Below the pieces are notes generated by a model. That model was not told where the DNA came from. It ran no database searches and saw only the letters and a program-made list of their open reading frames with translations. From contig DVMA01000006.1 in assembly GCA_018715195.1 (NCBI GenBank), forward strand, positions 1 through 48,635: a stretch of DNA of 48,635 nucleotides, read 5' to 3'. The stretch comes from Candidatus Coproplasma excrementavium. GTDB taxonomy: Bacteria; Bacillota; Clostridia; Christensenellales; Borkfalkiaceae. The stretch's first letter is position 1. Each line of letters opens with the position of its first letter. Made by a program: the position numbers and the translations under genes. Shown here piece after piece: positions 26,872-36,161 of this stretch.

Positions 26872-29800
26872 TTACTTGATTTTCCTTACATCCTTTACAA
26901 GCCCGTCTTCAATGAGCTCTTCAATGGTTTCGTAAGGATACATTGCGGCGTAATCCCTTTCCTGGATAGGACGCTTTTCGCCATTGCGGCGCTTTAACAT
27001 TTCATCTATCAGACGAATGGCCTTCTTTACGCCGAGAGGGCTCTTTATTTTGACCATCATAGGAGTGCCGTGCATTGACTTGTTGTCAGATACGTCTACC
27101 TGATGGTATACCGATGTCTTGAATTCGTTGGGATCGAGGTTGAGATACAGGCAGAGCGTCTTGCCCCTTATTTTGAGTTTTGCAATGGTCTCTCTGCCCT
27201 TGTTGAAGCGCTCTGCACCCCAGGCGATGGAGGAATTTACCCTTCTGTATGCGAGCATGGCGTTCTTTATCTGGCCATAGTAACGCTTTACATCGTCATC
27301 GCTCTGAATTATTCTTGCAATGAAGCTGCGGTTGTACTTCATCATGTTGGCGAAGTCAACGCCGTCATTGCTTATTCCTGGTATGCCGTCGGGTTCAGCC
27401 TCGCCTTCAACGGTCTGCTCGTCTACATCGTCAAAGATGTTCTCTATGACTTCGTCCACGGGCTCATCCTCTACGGCGCTTTCATCTACGATGTCGCTTA
27501 CCGTAACAAGCTCCTCGTCCTCGGCATCTTCAGACTCTTCGGCTGCCTGCTCTGCAGGTTCTTCAGAAGGTTCTTCCGCGGCAGGCTCTTCTGCCTTCTC
27601 TTCGGCTGCTTCTTCTGCGGGTTCCTCTGCGGGAGCTTCTTCAGCCGTTTCTTCAACGGGTTCTTCCGCAGGCTCTTCTGCGGGAGTTTCTTCAGCCGTT
27701 TCTTCAACGGGTTCTTCCGCAGGCTCCTTGGCGGGAGCTTCTTCAGCCGCTTCCTCAACCGTTTCTTCAACAGGCTCCTTGGCGGGTTCCTCTGCGGGCG
27801 CCTCTTCAGCAGGCTCTTCTGCGGTCTCTTCAACCGTTTCTTCGGCAGGCTCTTCCTTGTCGGCAGCGGCAGCCGCGGCTGCCACGGTGGTTATTACCGC
27901 GCCGCCCGCTATCATTGCCTTTATCTGGTCGAGCTGTCTGTTGATTTCGGAAATTTCCTGTCTGATTTCGGCTATGTCTTCCGAAGGCTGAGCCTCGGCA
28001 GATTCCGTCTTTTCCTCTGCACTGCGGGCAACCAGCTCATCTATTCTGGAAGTGAGCTCGGCAACCTCGCCCTTGAGATCCTGGATTGCAGGGTCGTTCT
28101 TCATATCTTCAAGCTTCTGCTTGATGTCGTCAAATTCTGCCTGAACGGGGTCCTCTTCGATTATCTCGCCGTTCTCATCCTCCACTTCTTCGGGTGCGAA
28201 CAGATTATCTATTCTGGAGGTGAGTTCGGCAACTTCGCCCTTGAGGTCGTGAATTGCAGGGTCGTGCTTGATTTCTTCAAGCGTTGCCTTTATGTTTTCA
28301 AGTTCAGCCTTTACTTCGTCGGGCTGTTCCTCTTCTGCGGCCTCCTCAGCCTCGTCCTCCTCAAGTTCCTCGGGTTCGAGCAGCTCTTCGAGTTTGGCGG
28401 TGAGTTCGTCTATCCTGCGGCCGAGCTCGTCAACCTTTTCGGCTGTCGCAAGTTCGGGTGCGGGCTGCTCCTCGGCGGCCTCTTCGGTCGTCTCTTCGAG
28501 CTCCTCGTCGGGAGTGAGCAACTCTTCAATCTTGGCGGTGAGTTCGTCTATCCTGCGGCCGAGCTCGTCAACCTTTTCGGCGGTCGCAAGTTCGGGTGCG
28601 GACTGCTCTTCGGCGGCCTCTTCGGTCGTCTCTTCGGCGGTATCTTCAAGCTCTTCGTCGGGTTCGAGAAGCTCGTCAAGTTTAGCGGTGAGCTGCTCTA
28701 CCTGGGCCTTGAGCTCTTCCACAGAGCCGTCGGCCTTGATTTCGTCGAGCGTGAGTTTGATATTTTCAAGCTCCGTCTTTACGGCGTCTTCTTCGGCAGT
28801 TTCTTCGGCGGCCTGTTCAACCTCGCCCTCGTCTATCTCCTCGGGCTCGAGCAGTTCGTCGAGTTTTGCCGTAAGTTCGTCTATCTTGCGGTTGATTTCC
28901 GCAATGTCTTCAGCAGCTGCGGGAGCAGACTCTTCAGCCTTCTCCTCAACAACTTCTTCGGCGGGCTGTTCGGCAGTTTCAGCGCTCTCTTCGGAAGTTT
29001 CTTCAACTTCCTCGGCGGGCTCTTCAGCCTTCTTAACCTCGTCGAGAGCGGCGCGCATGTCGGCAAGCTCGCTCTTCATTGCGGCAAGTTTATCGTCCAT
29101 GCCCTCGAGCATGGCGTTGGTGGAGGCAGTAACCTTCCACGAAATGCTTTCCGTAATCTTCTGAAGGCCTTCGTCGTCTATTACTATATCGTAATCTTCC
29201 TCGGCGGGCTCTTCAGCGGCTGCGGGAGCAGCCTCTGCGCTTTCGGCAACGTCTTCCTTGCCGCGGCCGAGCTTTTCGCATACGCCGTCCACAATGGCGT
29301 CGTAGTCGATTTCGGTTGCGGGTATGGAGGCGAGCACCGCGGAGGCAACCTTGTCGGCAATGTCGTCTGCGTCTATTTCAGGCAGGTAGTTGGAAATAGC
29401 CGCGGCGGTCTTGTCGGCGATGGATTCTTCGCTGATGCCGTTTTCGCTGAGCGCTTCCGATATCATTCTGGCCATCTCTTCGTCGGAGGTGCGTGTATCC
29501 TCTGCGGCGGCGTCCGCTGCTGCCACTTCGTCTGCGGCGGCGGAATTCTTTTCGGCCAGTTTTGCAATTATGAGGTCGTAATCCAGATTTTCCACAACGG
29601 CCTCGGCAAGAGAACGGCAACCTTCGTCGTCGACGATGATGTCGAAATCGTTGGGCGAAAGCGCGCTGACCTTGCGTGCAATTTCGTCGGCCATTGCATC
29701 GTTATCGGCCGCCGTAACTTCGGCAGCTTCTTCAACCTTGGTCTCTTCTTCGTTTGCGGCAAGTTTTTCGGCTATGCGGTCTGCAAGCTCGTCATAGTCA

Positions 29801-30552
29801 AGCTTGGCATCGGCATAAACGACGCTCGCCTGCTGCGAAGCCTCGCCTTCGGGCAGAACAATCTGCTCTGCAACCTTGGACGCAACGTAATCGGGCGAGA
29901 TGATTTCCTGGGGAGGCAGACTGTCTGCCACCTTCTTGGCAAGTTCGTCGTAGTCGATTGCCGTGGAAACGAGTCCCTTTTCCTCCAGCTTGCCGCAGAT
30001 GTTGTCTGCAAGCACGTCGTAGTCTATGTAACCTTCGGAAATGGAGAGCTGTTCGCCGCTTTCGCTCTCTTCCACGGCGGCAGGAGCAACCTCGTCATCG
30101 AACGTGGCAACTTCATCTGCGACGGGTTCGGCCGCGGGAGCAAGCTTTTCGTAATCGATGGCGTTTGCATCTATCTTTTCGCCGAGCCTCTGTTCGAGGG
30201 CGGCTATCATTCCGGAGAGCTTTGAGAAGACGTTTTCGCACTGCGCGGCGAGATAGCCCATCTCCTGCTTGAGTCCCACGTTTTCGGCGTGGAGCTTTTC
30301 ATAGATGGCGCTTGACTGCTTGCTTATGTACGAAGTTTCGCGCGACATCTTGTCGGCGAGCAAATCTGTCTTCTGAGCGAGAGCCTCCGTCTTCTGGGCA
30401 ACAGAATCTGCCTGGCCGGACGAATGAACCGCCGCAAGCAGCTGGTCAAGCCTTGCAACGATTTCCGCTTCGCGCTGAAGTATCACATCCGCCTTGGTGG
30501 CATATGCGGGCTGTGCGCCCCCTCCGTTTTTCTTGTTGAAGATACCTGCCAT
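26872..30552 (-). CDS. 1226-aa hyper-acidic nested-repeat protein: N-terminal coiled coil, (I/L)DYD helix repeats, E/P/A-rich spacer and a basic globular C-terminal domain. Function unknown.
   Basis: Uninterrupted ORF. Start at MAGIFNKKNGGG (ATG 30550-30552) behind an AAGAGGTG SD. The C-terminal ~170 aa (FANMMKYNRSFIARIIQSDDDVKRYYGQIKN...KIRGKTLCLYLNLDP...MVKIKSPLGVKKAIRLIDEM) are non-repetitive and K/R-rich. Confidence 0.8.
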   Translation of the reverse strand: MAGIFNKKNGGGAQPAYATKADVILQREAEIVARLDQLLAAVHSSGQADSVAQKTEALAQKTDLLADKMSRETSYISKQSSAIYEKLHAENVGLKQEMGYLAAQCENVFSKLSGMIAALEQRLGEKIDANAIDYEKLAPAAEPVADEVATFDDEVAPAAVEESESGEQLSISEGYIDYDVLADNICGKLEEKGLVSTAIDYDELAKKVADSLPPQEIISPDYVASKVAEQIVLPEGEASQQASVVYADAKLDYDELADRIAEKLAANEEETKVEEAAEVTAADNDAMADEIARKVSALSPNDFDIIVDDEGCRSLAEAVVENLDYDLIIAKLAEKNSAAADEVAAADAAAEDTRTSDEEMARMISEALSENGISEESIADKTAAAISNYLPEIDADDIADKVASAVLASIPATEIDYDAIVDGVCEKLGRGKEDVAESAEAAPAAAEEPAEEDYDIVIDDEGLQKITESISWKVTASTNAMLEGMDDKLAAMKSELADMRAALDEVKKAEEPAEEVEETSEESAETAEQPAEEVVEEKAEESAPAAAEDIAEINRKIDELTAKLDELLEPEEIDEGEVEQAAEETAEEDAVKTELENIKLTLDEIKADGSVEELKAQVEQLTAKLDELLEPDEELEDTAEETTEEAAEEQSAPELATAEKVDELGRRIDELTAKIEELLTPDEELEETTEEAAEEQPAPELATAEKVDELGRRIDELTAKLEELLEPEELEEDEAEEAAEEEQPDEVKAELENIKATLEEIKHDPAIHDLKGEVAELTSRIDNLFAPEEVEDENGEIIEEDPVQAEFDDIKQKLEDMKNDPAIQDLKGEVAELTSRIDELVARSAEEKTESAEAQPSEDIAEIRQEISEINRQLDQIKAMIAGGAVITTVAAAAAAADKEEPAEETVEETAEEPAEEAPAEEPAKEPVEETVEEAAEEAPAKEPAEEPVEETAEETPAEEPAEEPVEETAEEAPAEEPAEEAAEEKAEEPAAEEPSEEPAEQAAEESEDAEDEELVTVSDIVDESAVEDEPVDEVIENIFDDVDEQTVEGEAEPDGIPGISNDGVDFANMMKYNRSFIARIIQSDDDVKRYYGQIKNAMLAYRRVNSSIAWGAERFNKGRETIAKLKIRGKTLCLYLNLDPNEFKTSVYHQVDVSDNKSMHGTPMMVKIKSPLGVKKAIRLIDEMLKRRNGEKRPIQERDYAAMYPYETIEELIEDGLVKDVRKIK
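27560..27860 (-). repeat. About 5 tandem 51-bp (17-aa) units encoding PAEEPAEEPVEETAEE(A/T)
   Basis: GGGAGCTTCTTCAGCCGTTTCTTCAACGGGTTCTTCCGCAGGCTC recurs at 27631 and 27682 (51-bp period), with flanking degenerate copies. Confidence 0.8.
28030..28374 (-). repeat. Two tandem 168-bp (56-aa) units (DPAI(H/Q)DLKGEVAELTSRID...)
   Basis: ATCTATTCTGGA(A/G)GTGAG(C/T)TCGGCAAC(C/T)TCGCCCTTGAG begins at 28039 and again at 28207. Confidence 0.8.
28375..28700 (-). repeat. About 2.3 tandem 138-bp (46-aa) units (VDELGRRIDELTAK(I/L)EELL(T/E)PDEELEETTEEAAEEQPAPELATAEK)
   Basis: TTGGCGGTGAGTTCGTCTATCCTGCGGCCGAGCTCGTCAACCTTTTCGG occurs at 28394 and again, identically, at 28532. Confidence 0.85.
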
Positions 30553-30802
30553 AATTGCACCTCTTTGTTGCGGCGCGGTCATACACGACCATATAATATA
30601 ACGCCGCACGTTTTGCTTACAGAATCATTTTACAACAAAAAATGAAAAAAGTAAATATAATTGACGAAAATTTTTGTCGGTTTCAGCAAAAAATTTTTGA
30701 TTGAGCCGCAAATATGCCGCAGTTAACGCATTTTCTGGCAGGACCTGGAAAGCCGCGCGTGATACTTTCGATAAAAAAATGTCAATAATTTTGCCGACGG
30801 GG

Positions 30803-30831
30803 TTGAAATTCTGATAATATTGTATTATAAT
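30803..30831 (+). promoter_or_regulatory. Consensus-like SigA promoter TTGAAA-17-TATAAT for serC-serA
   Basis: TTGAAA at 30803-30808, a 17-nt spacer, TATAAT at 30826-30831. It lies about 150 nt upstream of serC. Confidence 0.65.
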
Positions 30832-30988
30832 ATTTTTATTATACCACAAAAGTCGTTCCGCCCGCGCCGAAAAGATGGCGCAGGACGCATAATATGCGGC
30901 AACAAAAAATAACACGCGAAGCTCACCCCTGCTCGTCGGTTTGTCGCGGCGGCGGGGATAAAAAATACCAGACAAAGGGAGATTAACA

Positions 30989-32062
30989 ATGAGAGTTTAT
31001 AACTTTTCAGCAGGGCCTTCCACCCTGCCCCTCAACGTCCTCGAACAGGCCCGCGACGAATTCCTCGACTTTGCGGGCACGGGCATGTCAGTTACTGAAA
31101 TTTCTCACCGCGACAAAGCATTCGCCGCCGTTGTGGCTGAAGCAGAATCGCTTGTGAGAGAGCTTCTGAAAGTGCCCGACGATTATGCCGTGCTCTTTGT
31201 TCAGGGCGGCGCATCCACCCAGTTTGCGGCCATTCCCCTGAATATGATGCACAACAAAAAGGCCGACTACATAGTTACCGGCAACTTTGCAAAAAAGGCA
31301 TGGCAGGAAGGTAAAATTTACGGCGAGGCCGTAAAGATTGGCGACAGCTCTGACAAAACCTACACCTACATACCCGACGTGGACACCCTGCCCTACTCGG
31401 ACGACGCGGACTACGTTCACATCACCTCGAACAACACCATATTCGGCACGAGGTATGTAAAGTTCCCCAAGTGCAAGGCGCCTTTGGTTGCGGATATGTC
31501 CTCCGAGATATTCTCCCGCGAGGTAAACGTAGCCGACTTCGGCGTGATTTATGCAGGCGCGCAGAAAAACCTTGCGCCCGCAGGCGTGACAATAGTCATT
31601 GCAAAGCGCAGTCTGATACAGGACCCCCTGCCCATCTGCCCCACCATGCTCAAATGGAAGATACAGGACGAGAACGGCTCGCTGTACAACACTCCCCCCT
31701 GCTTCTCCATATACATGGCCGACCTTGTGCTGCGCGACCTGAAGGCTAAGGGCGGCGTTAAGGCCATGAACGAGACAGACGAGTACAAGGCAGGGCTTTT
31801 GTACGACTTCATAGACAATTCCAAACTGTTCAAAAACAACGTTGTAAAGGAGTTCCGTTCGATTATGAACGTGCCCTTCGTAACGCCTTCGGCCGAGCTG
31901 GACGCAAAGTTCATTGCCGAGGCGAAGAGCGCGGGCCTCGTATCGCTCAAGGGACACAGACTGGTAGGCGGCATGAGAGCCTCCATTTACAACGCAATGC
32001 CCGTTGAAGGCGTAAAGGCGCTCATAGAATTCATGAAGAAATTCGAGCTGGAAAATAAATAA
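30989..32062 (+). CDS. serC: Phosphoserine aminotransferase
   Basis: MRVYNFSAGPSTLP N-terminus and the PLP-lysine block YAGAQKNLAPAGVT. Length is 357 aa. SD is AAGGGAGA. Confidence 0.93.
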   Translation: MRVYNFSAGPSTLPLNVLEQARDEFLDFAGTGMSVTEISHRDKAFAAVVAEAESLVRELLKVPDDYAVLFVQGGASTQFAAIPLNMMHNKKADYIVTGNFAKKAWQEGKIYGEAVKIGDSSDKTYTYIPDVDTLPYSDDADYVHITSNNTIFGTRYVKFPKCKAPLVADMSSEIFSREVNVADFGVIYAGAQKNLAPAGVTIVIAKRSLIQDPLPICPTMLKWKIQDENGSLYNTPPCFSIYMADLVLRDLKAKGGVKAMNETDEYKAGLLYDFIDNSKLFKNNVVKEFRSIMNVPFVTPSAELDAKFIAEAKSAGLVSLKGHRLVGGMRASIYNAMPVEGVKALIEFMKKFELENK

Positions 32063-32079
32063 CTGAGGGGGACAGAAAG

Positions 32080-33249
32080 ATGTCAGCACATAAAAAAATA
32101 CTCAAACTGAACGCCATAAGCCCGCTTGCAGACGCAATATTTGCGGGGTACGGATACAGCGACAGCTGCGACGACCCCGACGGCATAATGGTGCGTTCGG
32201 CCCAGATGGCCGAGTATAAGCCTGGAGAAAACCTTGTGGCCGTGGCGCGCGCGGGTGCGGGTACAAACAACATACCCGTGGCCGATTACGCGGAAAAGGG
32301 CATTGTTGTATTCAATACCCCCGGCGCAAACGCCAACGCCGTGAAAGAGCTTGTAATATGCGAACTCTTTTTGGGCGGCAGAAAGATTACCGACGCAATC
32401 GACTGGGTAAAATCGCTCAAAGGCGAGGGCGAAAACGTAGGCAAACTGGTTGAAAAGGGCAAGTCCAAATTTGTGGGACACGAGATAACGGGCAAGATGC
32501 TGGGCGTTATCGGTCTGGGTGCGATAGGCGTTGCCGTGGCAAACGCCGCATACGGACTGAATATGGAAGTCGTGGGCACCGACCCCTACCTTTCCACCAT
32601 GAACGCGCTGGCGCTTTCGCCGCACATAAACATACTGCCCGAACGCGAGGACATTTATAAAAAATCTGACTTCATAACGCTGCACGTTCCGCTCAACAAT
32701 GACACCAAGGGTATGATTAACGCAAAATCAATCGCGCAGATGAAGGACGGCGTCGTGATTATTAACAACAGCCGCGGCGAACTTGTGAATACCGACGACA
32801 TGATTGCCGCACTTGAAAGCGGCAAGGTGGGCAGGTACATAACCGACTTCCCCAACGACAAGCTGATAGGCGTTAAAAACTGCATATGCGTGCCCCATCT
32901 CGGTGCAAGCACGCCCGAGGCCGAGGACAACTGCGCCGTAATGGCCGCGCACGAGCTTGTGGACTACATTGAAAACGGCAACATAACCAACAGCGTAAAC
33001 TATCCCAACGTATTCCTTGCGCGCGACGAAGGCAAGGGCAGAGTGCAGATTCTGCACCGCAACGTAAAGAACATCATCACCAAATTCACCTCCGCCATTT
33101 CCGGCCAGGGACTGAACATTGCACATATGACCAGTTCCAGCCGCGGCGACTACGCCTGCTCCATTCTGGAGATAGACGGCGCCCTGCCCGAGAGGACTGT
33201 ATCCGACATCGCGGCGGTTGAAGGCGTTCTCCGCGTGCGCGCGCTTTAA
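32080..33249 (+). CDS. serA: D-3-phosphoglycerate dehydrogenase with C-terminal ACT-like domain
   Basis: NAD fold GVIGLGAIGVAVA, 2-hydroxyacid dehydrogenase blocks NNSRGELV and PHLGAST. The C-terminal ~75 aa look like a regulatory domain. It follows serC by 17 nt. Confidence 0.9.
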   Translation: MSAHKKILKLNAISPLADAIFAGYGYSDSCDDPDGIMVRSAQMAEYKPGENLVAVARAGAGTNNIPVADYAEKGIVVFNTPGANANAVKELVICELFLGGRKITDAIDWVKSLKGEGENVGKLVEKGKSKFVGHEITGKMLGVIGLGAIGVAVANAAYGLNMEVVGTDPYLSTMNALALSPHINILPEREDIYKKSDFITLHVPLNNDTKGMINAKSIAQMKDGVVIINNSRGELVNTDDMIAALESGKVGRYITDFPNDKLIGVKNCICVPHLGASTPEAEDNCAVMAAHELVDYIENGNITNSVNYPNVFLARDEGKGRVQILHRNVKNIITKFTSAISGQGLNIAHMTSSSRGDYACSILEIDGALPERTVSDIAAVEGVLRVRAL

Positions 33250-33278
33250 AAACAAATAAAAAAATAATTTTATTTTAT

Positions 33279-33309
33279 GCCGCCGTAATTTTTACGGCGG
33301 CATTTTTTG
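33279..33309 (+). terminator. Intrinsic terminator of serC-serA
   Basis: GCCGCCGTAA / TTACGGCGGC stem (33279-33288 and 33292-33301) with a 3-nt loop, followed by ATTTTTTG. Confidence 0.85.
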
Positions 33310-33750
33310 CACATTTTTTTATTGTATTTTTTAATTTGAAAATTATTTATTTATTTTTATAAAGCCGTCATATTTTGCCGACAACGCCCGTATATGCGCG
33401 CATATTAAGCATATGTGCATATATGAAAAAAATAATTAAAAAATTTAATTTGATTCCAACCGCAAAAATAATATTTTTATTTAATTATAATTTTCGAAGA
33501 AAATAAAAACCGCAAAAATTATATCAGACGCAAAATATATTTGCCCGCCGCTTTTTGCGCTGTATGCTCTGCCATTTGGTCATTGCATTTAACTCCCCGC
33601 CTCCGCCGAAAAAAGCATAAGTTTCGTCCGCTGAAGACCTTGGTAAATCTGCCGCAATGCGGAAGTCCGCCGAATAAAACGCCGCAACGGGGCGCATAAT
33701 CAAATACTGCAAACCGCCCGCACGCGGGCGCAAATTACGGAGGTAACATT

Positions 33751-33846
33751 ATGTCCCGAAAAAAGAAAAGATTCACTAAACTTACCGAGGCGGAGTACAG
33801 CGAATACATCGCCCGTCTCCGCGCGCAGGACGACCCCTCCCGCTGA
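33751..33846 (+). CDS. Candidate 31-aa small ORF (MSRKKKRFTKLTEAEYSEYIARLRAQDDPSR)
   Basis: It is below the 60-aa cut-off of the ORF track. The ATG at 33751 follows a near-ideal SD (GGAGGT, 7-nt spacing). It has a basic N-terminus and no homology that I recognise. Confidence 0.35.
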   Translation: MSRKKKRFTKLTEAEYSEYIARLRAQDDPSR

Positions 33847-33903
33847 CCGCGACGTGAACATTATGAAAGATTGGTGAATATAATCTTTTTGGCTGAAATT
33901 ACG

Positions 33904-33932
33904 TTGACAACCCCCGCAGCCGCAATTAAAAT
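33904..33932 (+). promoter_or_regulatory. SigA-type promoter TTGACA-17-TAAAAT of the MarR/ABC operon
   Basis: TTGACA at 33904-33909, a 17-nt spacer, TAAAAT at 33927-33932. Confidence 0.6.
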
Positions 33933-33941
33933 ATAAAACAG

Positions 33942-33955
33942 TTATCATTTGATAA
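33942..33955. promoter_or_regulatory. Inverted repeat TTATCA-TT-TGATAA, candidate MarR autoregulatory operator
   Basis: Perfect 6-bp arms immediately downstream of the -10 (around +1) and 20 nt before the marR-like start. Confidence 0.5.
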
Positions 33956-33975
33956 GTATTATTCAGGAGGTACCG

Positions 33976-34434
33976 ATGGACAACACGGTAAAAGCCGAGC
34001 AGATTATTTCGCTTATGCTGCGGCTTAAAGACTGTCTGAAAAAGTACTCCCAGCAATGCGGCTGCGGGAAGAACATAATGATACTCGGCAGTCTGTACGA
34101 ATACGAGCGGCGGCTGGGAAGACCTGCAAGCGTATCGGAGATAGCGCACGCCTCGGGGCTGGCTCTGCCGAACGTGAGCAGACTGCTTGTGCCGCTTGAG
34201 CAGGAAGAGCTTATAACGCGCGAAAAAAACGGCAGAAAAGTAAGCGTAATCATCACCGAAAACGGCAGAGAGCGGCTTAAAGAATGCTGGAGCGGACTTG
34301 TATCGCTTATGGCTCTCGCAATTGAAGGGCTGGACCCCGCCGACTGCGAAAATTTTATCAGGACGGGCGGCGAGATTGCGGCATATATTGAGGGCAATTA
34401 CAGAAAAAGCTCTGCGGGAGGCAACGAATGTTAA
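33976..34434 (+). CDS. MarR-family transcriptional regulator
   Basis: Winged-helix segment VSEIAHASGLALPNVSRLLVPLEQEELITREKNGRKVSVIITENG. Start at MDNTVKAEQ behind AGGAGGT. Its stop overlaps the next ATG (ATGTTAA). Confidence 0.85.
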   Translation: MDNTVKAEQIISLMLRLKDCLKKYSQQCGCGKNIMILGSLYEYERRLGRPASVSEIAHASGLALPNVSRLLVPLEQEELITREKNGRKVSVIITENGRERLKECWSGLVSLMALAIEGLDPADCENFIRTGGEIAAYIEGNYRKSSAGGNEC

Positions 34435-36161
34435 GACTTTATAAAAACCTTAAAGCCGCAGACTGGGTGCTTGTTGCGCTGATTTGCGGCATTACGGTTG
34501 CGCAGGTATTTTTCACCCTGCAGCTCACCGACTGCATAGCAGACATCATAGGCGCAATTCAGGCGGTGAGCATGGGCGGTTCTACCGCCGAAATCTGGAA
34601 AAATGGCGGCATAATGCTTGGATATGCGGCGGCCGCGGCGGCGTGCATGGTGGCAACCGGCATTTCCGCATCCAAAGTGGCAAGCACTCTTTCGGCGCGG
34701 CTGAGGAGCAGGGTATATGCAAAAGTGGACAGTTTTTCAATTGCAGAAGTGAACAAATTTTCCACCGCGTCGCTGATTACCCGAACCACCAACGACATAC
34801 AGCAGATACAGCTTGCCAACATACTTATTCTGCGAATGCTTATTTACGCGCCGATAATGGCGATATGGGCGATATGCAAGATAAATGCGTCCAGCGGGGA
34901 ACTTACCGCCGCCACGGCCGTGGCCATAGTAGTGCTGGTTATATGCATAATTGCGCTTATGCTCACGGTTATGCCCAAATTCAGACTCATTCAGAAACTC
35001 ACCGACAAACTCAACGGCGTGACCAGGGAAAACTTAACGGGCATACGCGTGGTGCGTGCATACAACGCCGAGGGTTACCAGCAGGAAAAGTTTGAAAAGG
35101 TGAACGACAAGATTACGAGAACGCAGCTGTTCACGGGCAGAGTGATGTCGCTGATGAACCCGCTGATGATGATTGTAATGAACGGTCTTACGCTTGCGAT
35201 ATACTGGATAGGCGCTTCGCTGATGAATGCGGGCGAGATACAGTACCAGACGATTGTGGCCTTTATGACGCTCGCCTCGCAGGTGGTAATGGCATTCCTC
35301 ATGCTGCTTATGATGTTTGTGCTTATCCCCCGCGCGGAGGTTGCGGCAAGGCGTGTGAACGAAGTGCTGGACACCCCCCTCACCATCGCCGACCCCGAGA
35401 CGGAAAAGCCCTTCACTGAGGAGGGTACGGTGGAATTCAGGAACGTAAGTTTCCGCTATCCCGATGCCGACGCGGACGTGTTCGAGCACATCTCATTCCG
35501 CGCGGAGAAGGGTCAGACGGTTGCCTTTATAGGCAGTACGGGCAGCGGCAAGTCCACCCTTATCAACCTTGTACCCCGCTTTTACGACGCCACCGAGGGC
35601 GAAGTTTTGGTTGACGGCGTGAACGTTAAGGATATGAAACAGAGCACCCTGCGCGACAAGATAGGTTACGTGCCGCAGAAGGGCATACTTTTTACGGGCA
35701 ACGTAGCCGACAACATAGCGTTCGGCGGCAAGGCCGACCGCGCAGATATTGAAAACGCTGCAAAAGTTGCGGAGGCCGACTCATTCATACGCGAGATGGG
35801 CGGTTACGACAGCGCCATTTCGCAGGGCGGCAAGAACGTTTCTGGCGGACAGAAACAGCGCATTTCCATAGCCCGCGCCGTGGCGCAGAAACCCGAGATT
35901 ATGATTTTTGACGACAGTTTTTCGGCGCTGGACTACAAGACGGACAAAAAGGTGCGCGAAAACCTTAAAGAGAGCATGAGCGGCGTGACAAACCTTATCG
36001 TGGCGCAGCGCATAGGCACAATTATGGACGCAGACAAAATTATAGTGCTGGATAACGGCAGGGCCGTGGGCGAGGGTACGCACAGCGAGCTGTTGCAAAG
36101 CTGCCCCGTCTACCGCGAGATTGCGCTTTCGCAGCTTTCAAAGGAGGAACTCGGACTATGA
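34428..36161 (+). CDS. ABC exporter half-transporter (TMD-NBD), degenerate-site subunit
   Basis: Six-TM exporter fold, Walker A GSTGSGKST and signature VSGGQKQRISIARA. Walker B is IMIFDD, so Asp replaces the catalytic Glu. Confidence 0.9.
   Translation: MLRLYKNLKAADWVLVALICGITVAQVFFTLQLTDCIADIIGAIQAVSMGGSTAEIWKNGGIMLGYAAAAAACMVATGISASKVASTLSARLRSRVYAKVDSFSIAEVNKFSTASLITRTTNDIQQIQLANILILRMLIYAPIMAIWAICKINASSGELTAATAVAIVVLVICIIALMLTVMPKFRLIQKLTDKLNGVTRENLTGIRVVRAYNAEGYQQEKFEKVNDKITRTQLFTGRVMSLMNPLMMIVMNGLTLAIYWIGASLMNAGEIQYQTIVAFMTLASQVVMAFLMLLMMFVLIPRAEVAARRVNEVLDTPLTIADPETEKPFTEEGTVEFRNVSFRYPDADADVFEHISFRAEKGQTVAFIGSTGSGKSTLINLVPRFYDATEGEVLVDGVNVKDMKQSTLRDKIGYVPQKGILFTGNVADNIAFGGKADRADIENAAKVAEADSFIREMGGYDSAISQGGKNVSGGQKQRISIARAVAQKPEIMIFDDSFSALDYKTDKKVRENLKESMSGVTNLIVAQRIGTIMDADKIIVLDNGRAVGEGTHSELLQSCPVYREIALSQLSKEELGL

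Noticed and set aside
27103-30225. 1040-aa ORF on the plus strand, plus other long antisense ORFs at 27320-27991 and 28268-29164
   Set aside because: It is the mirror image of the GAA/GAG/GCC-rich repeat gene. Its product is F/G/L/R/S low-complexity, it has no SD, and its repeats simply reflect the sense-strand repeats. It is a shadow ORF.
30832-30988. T-box or other riboswitch in the ~150-nt serC leader
   Set aside because: There is no T-box sequence (…GGUGGUACCGCG…), no specifier/terminator-antiterminator pair and no hairpin followed by a U-run. Only short imperfect stems are present.
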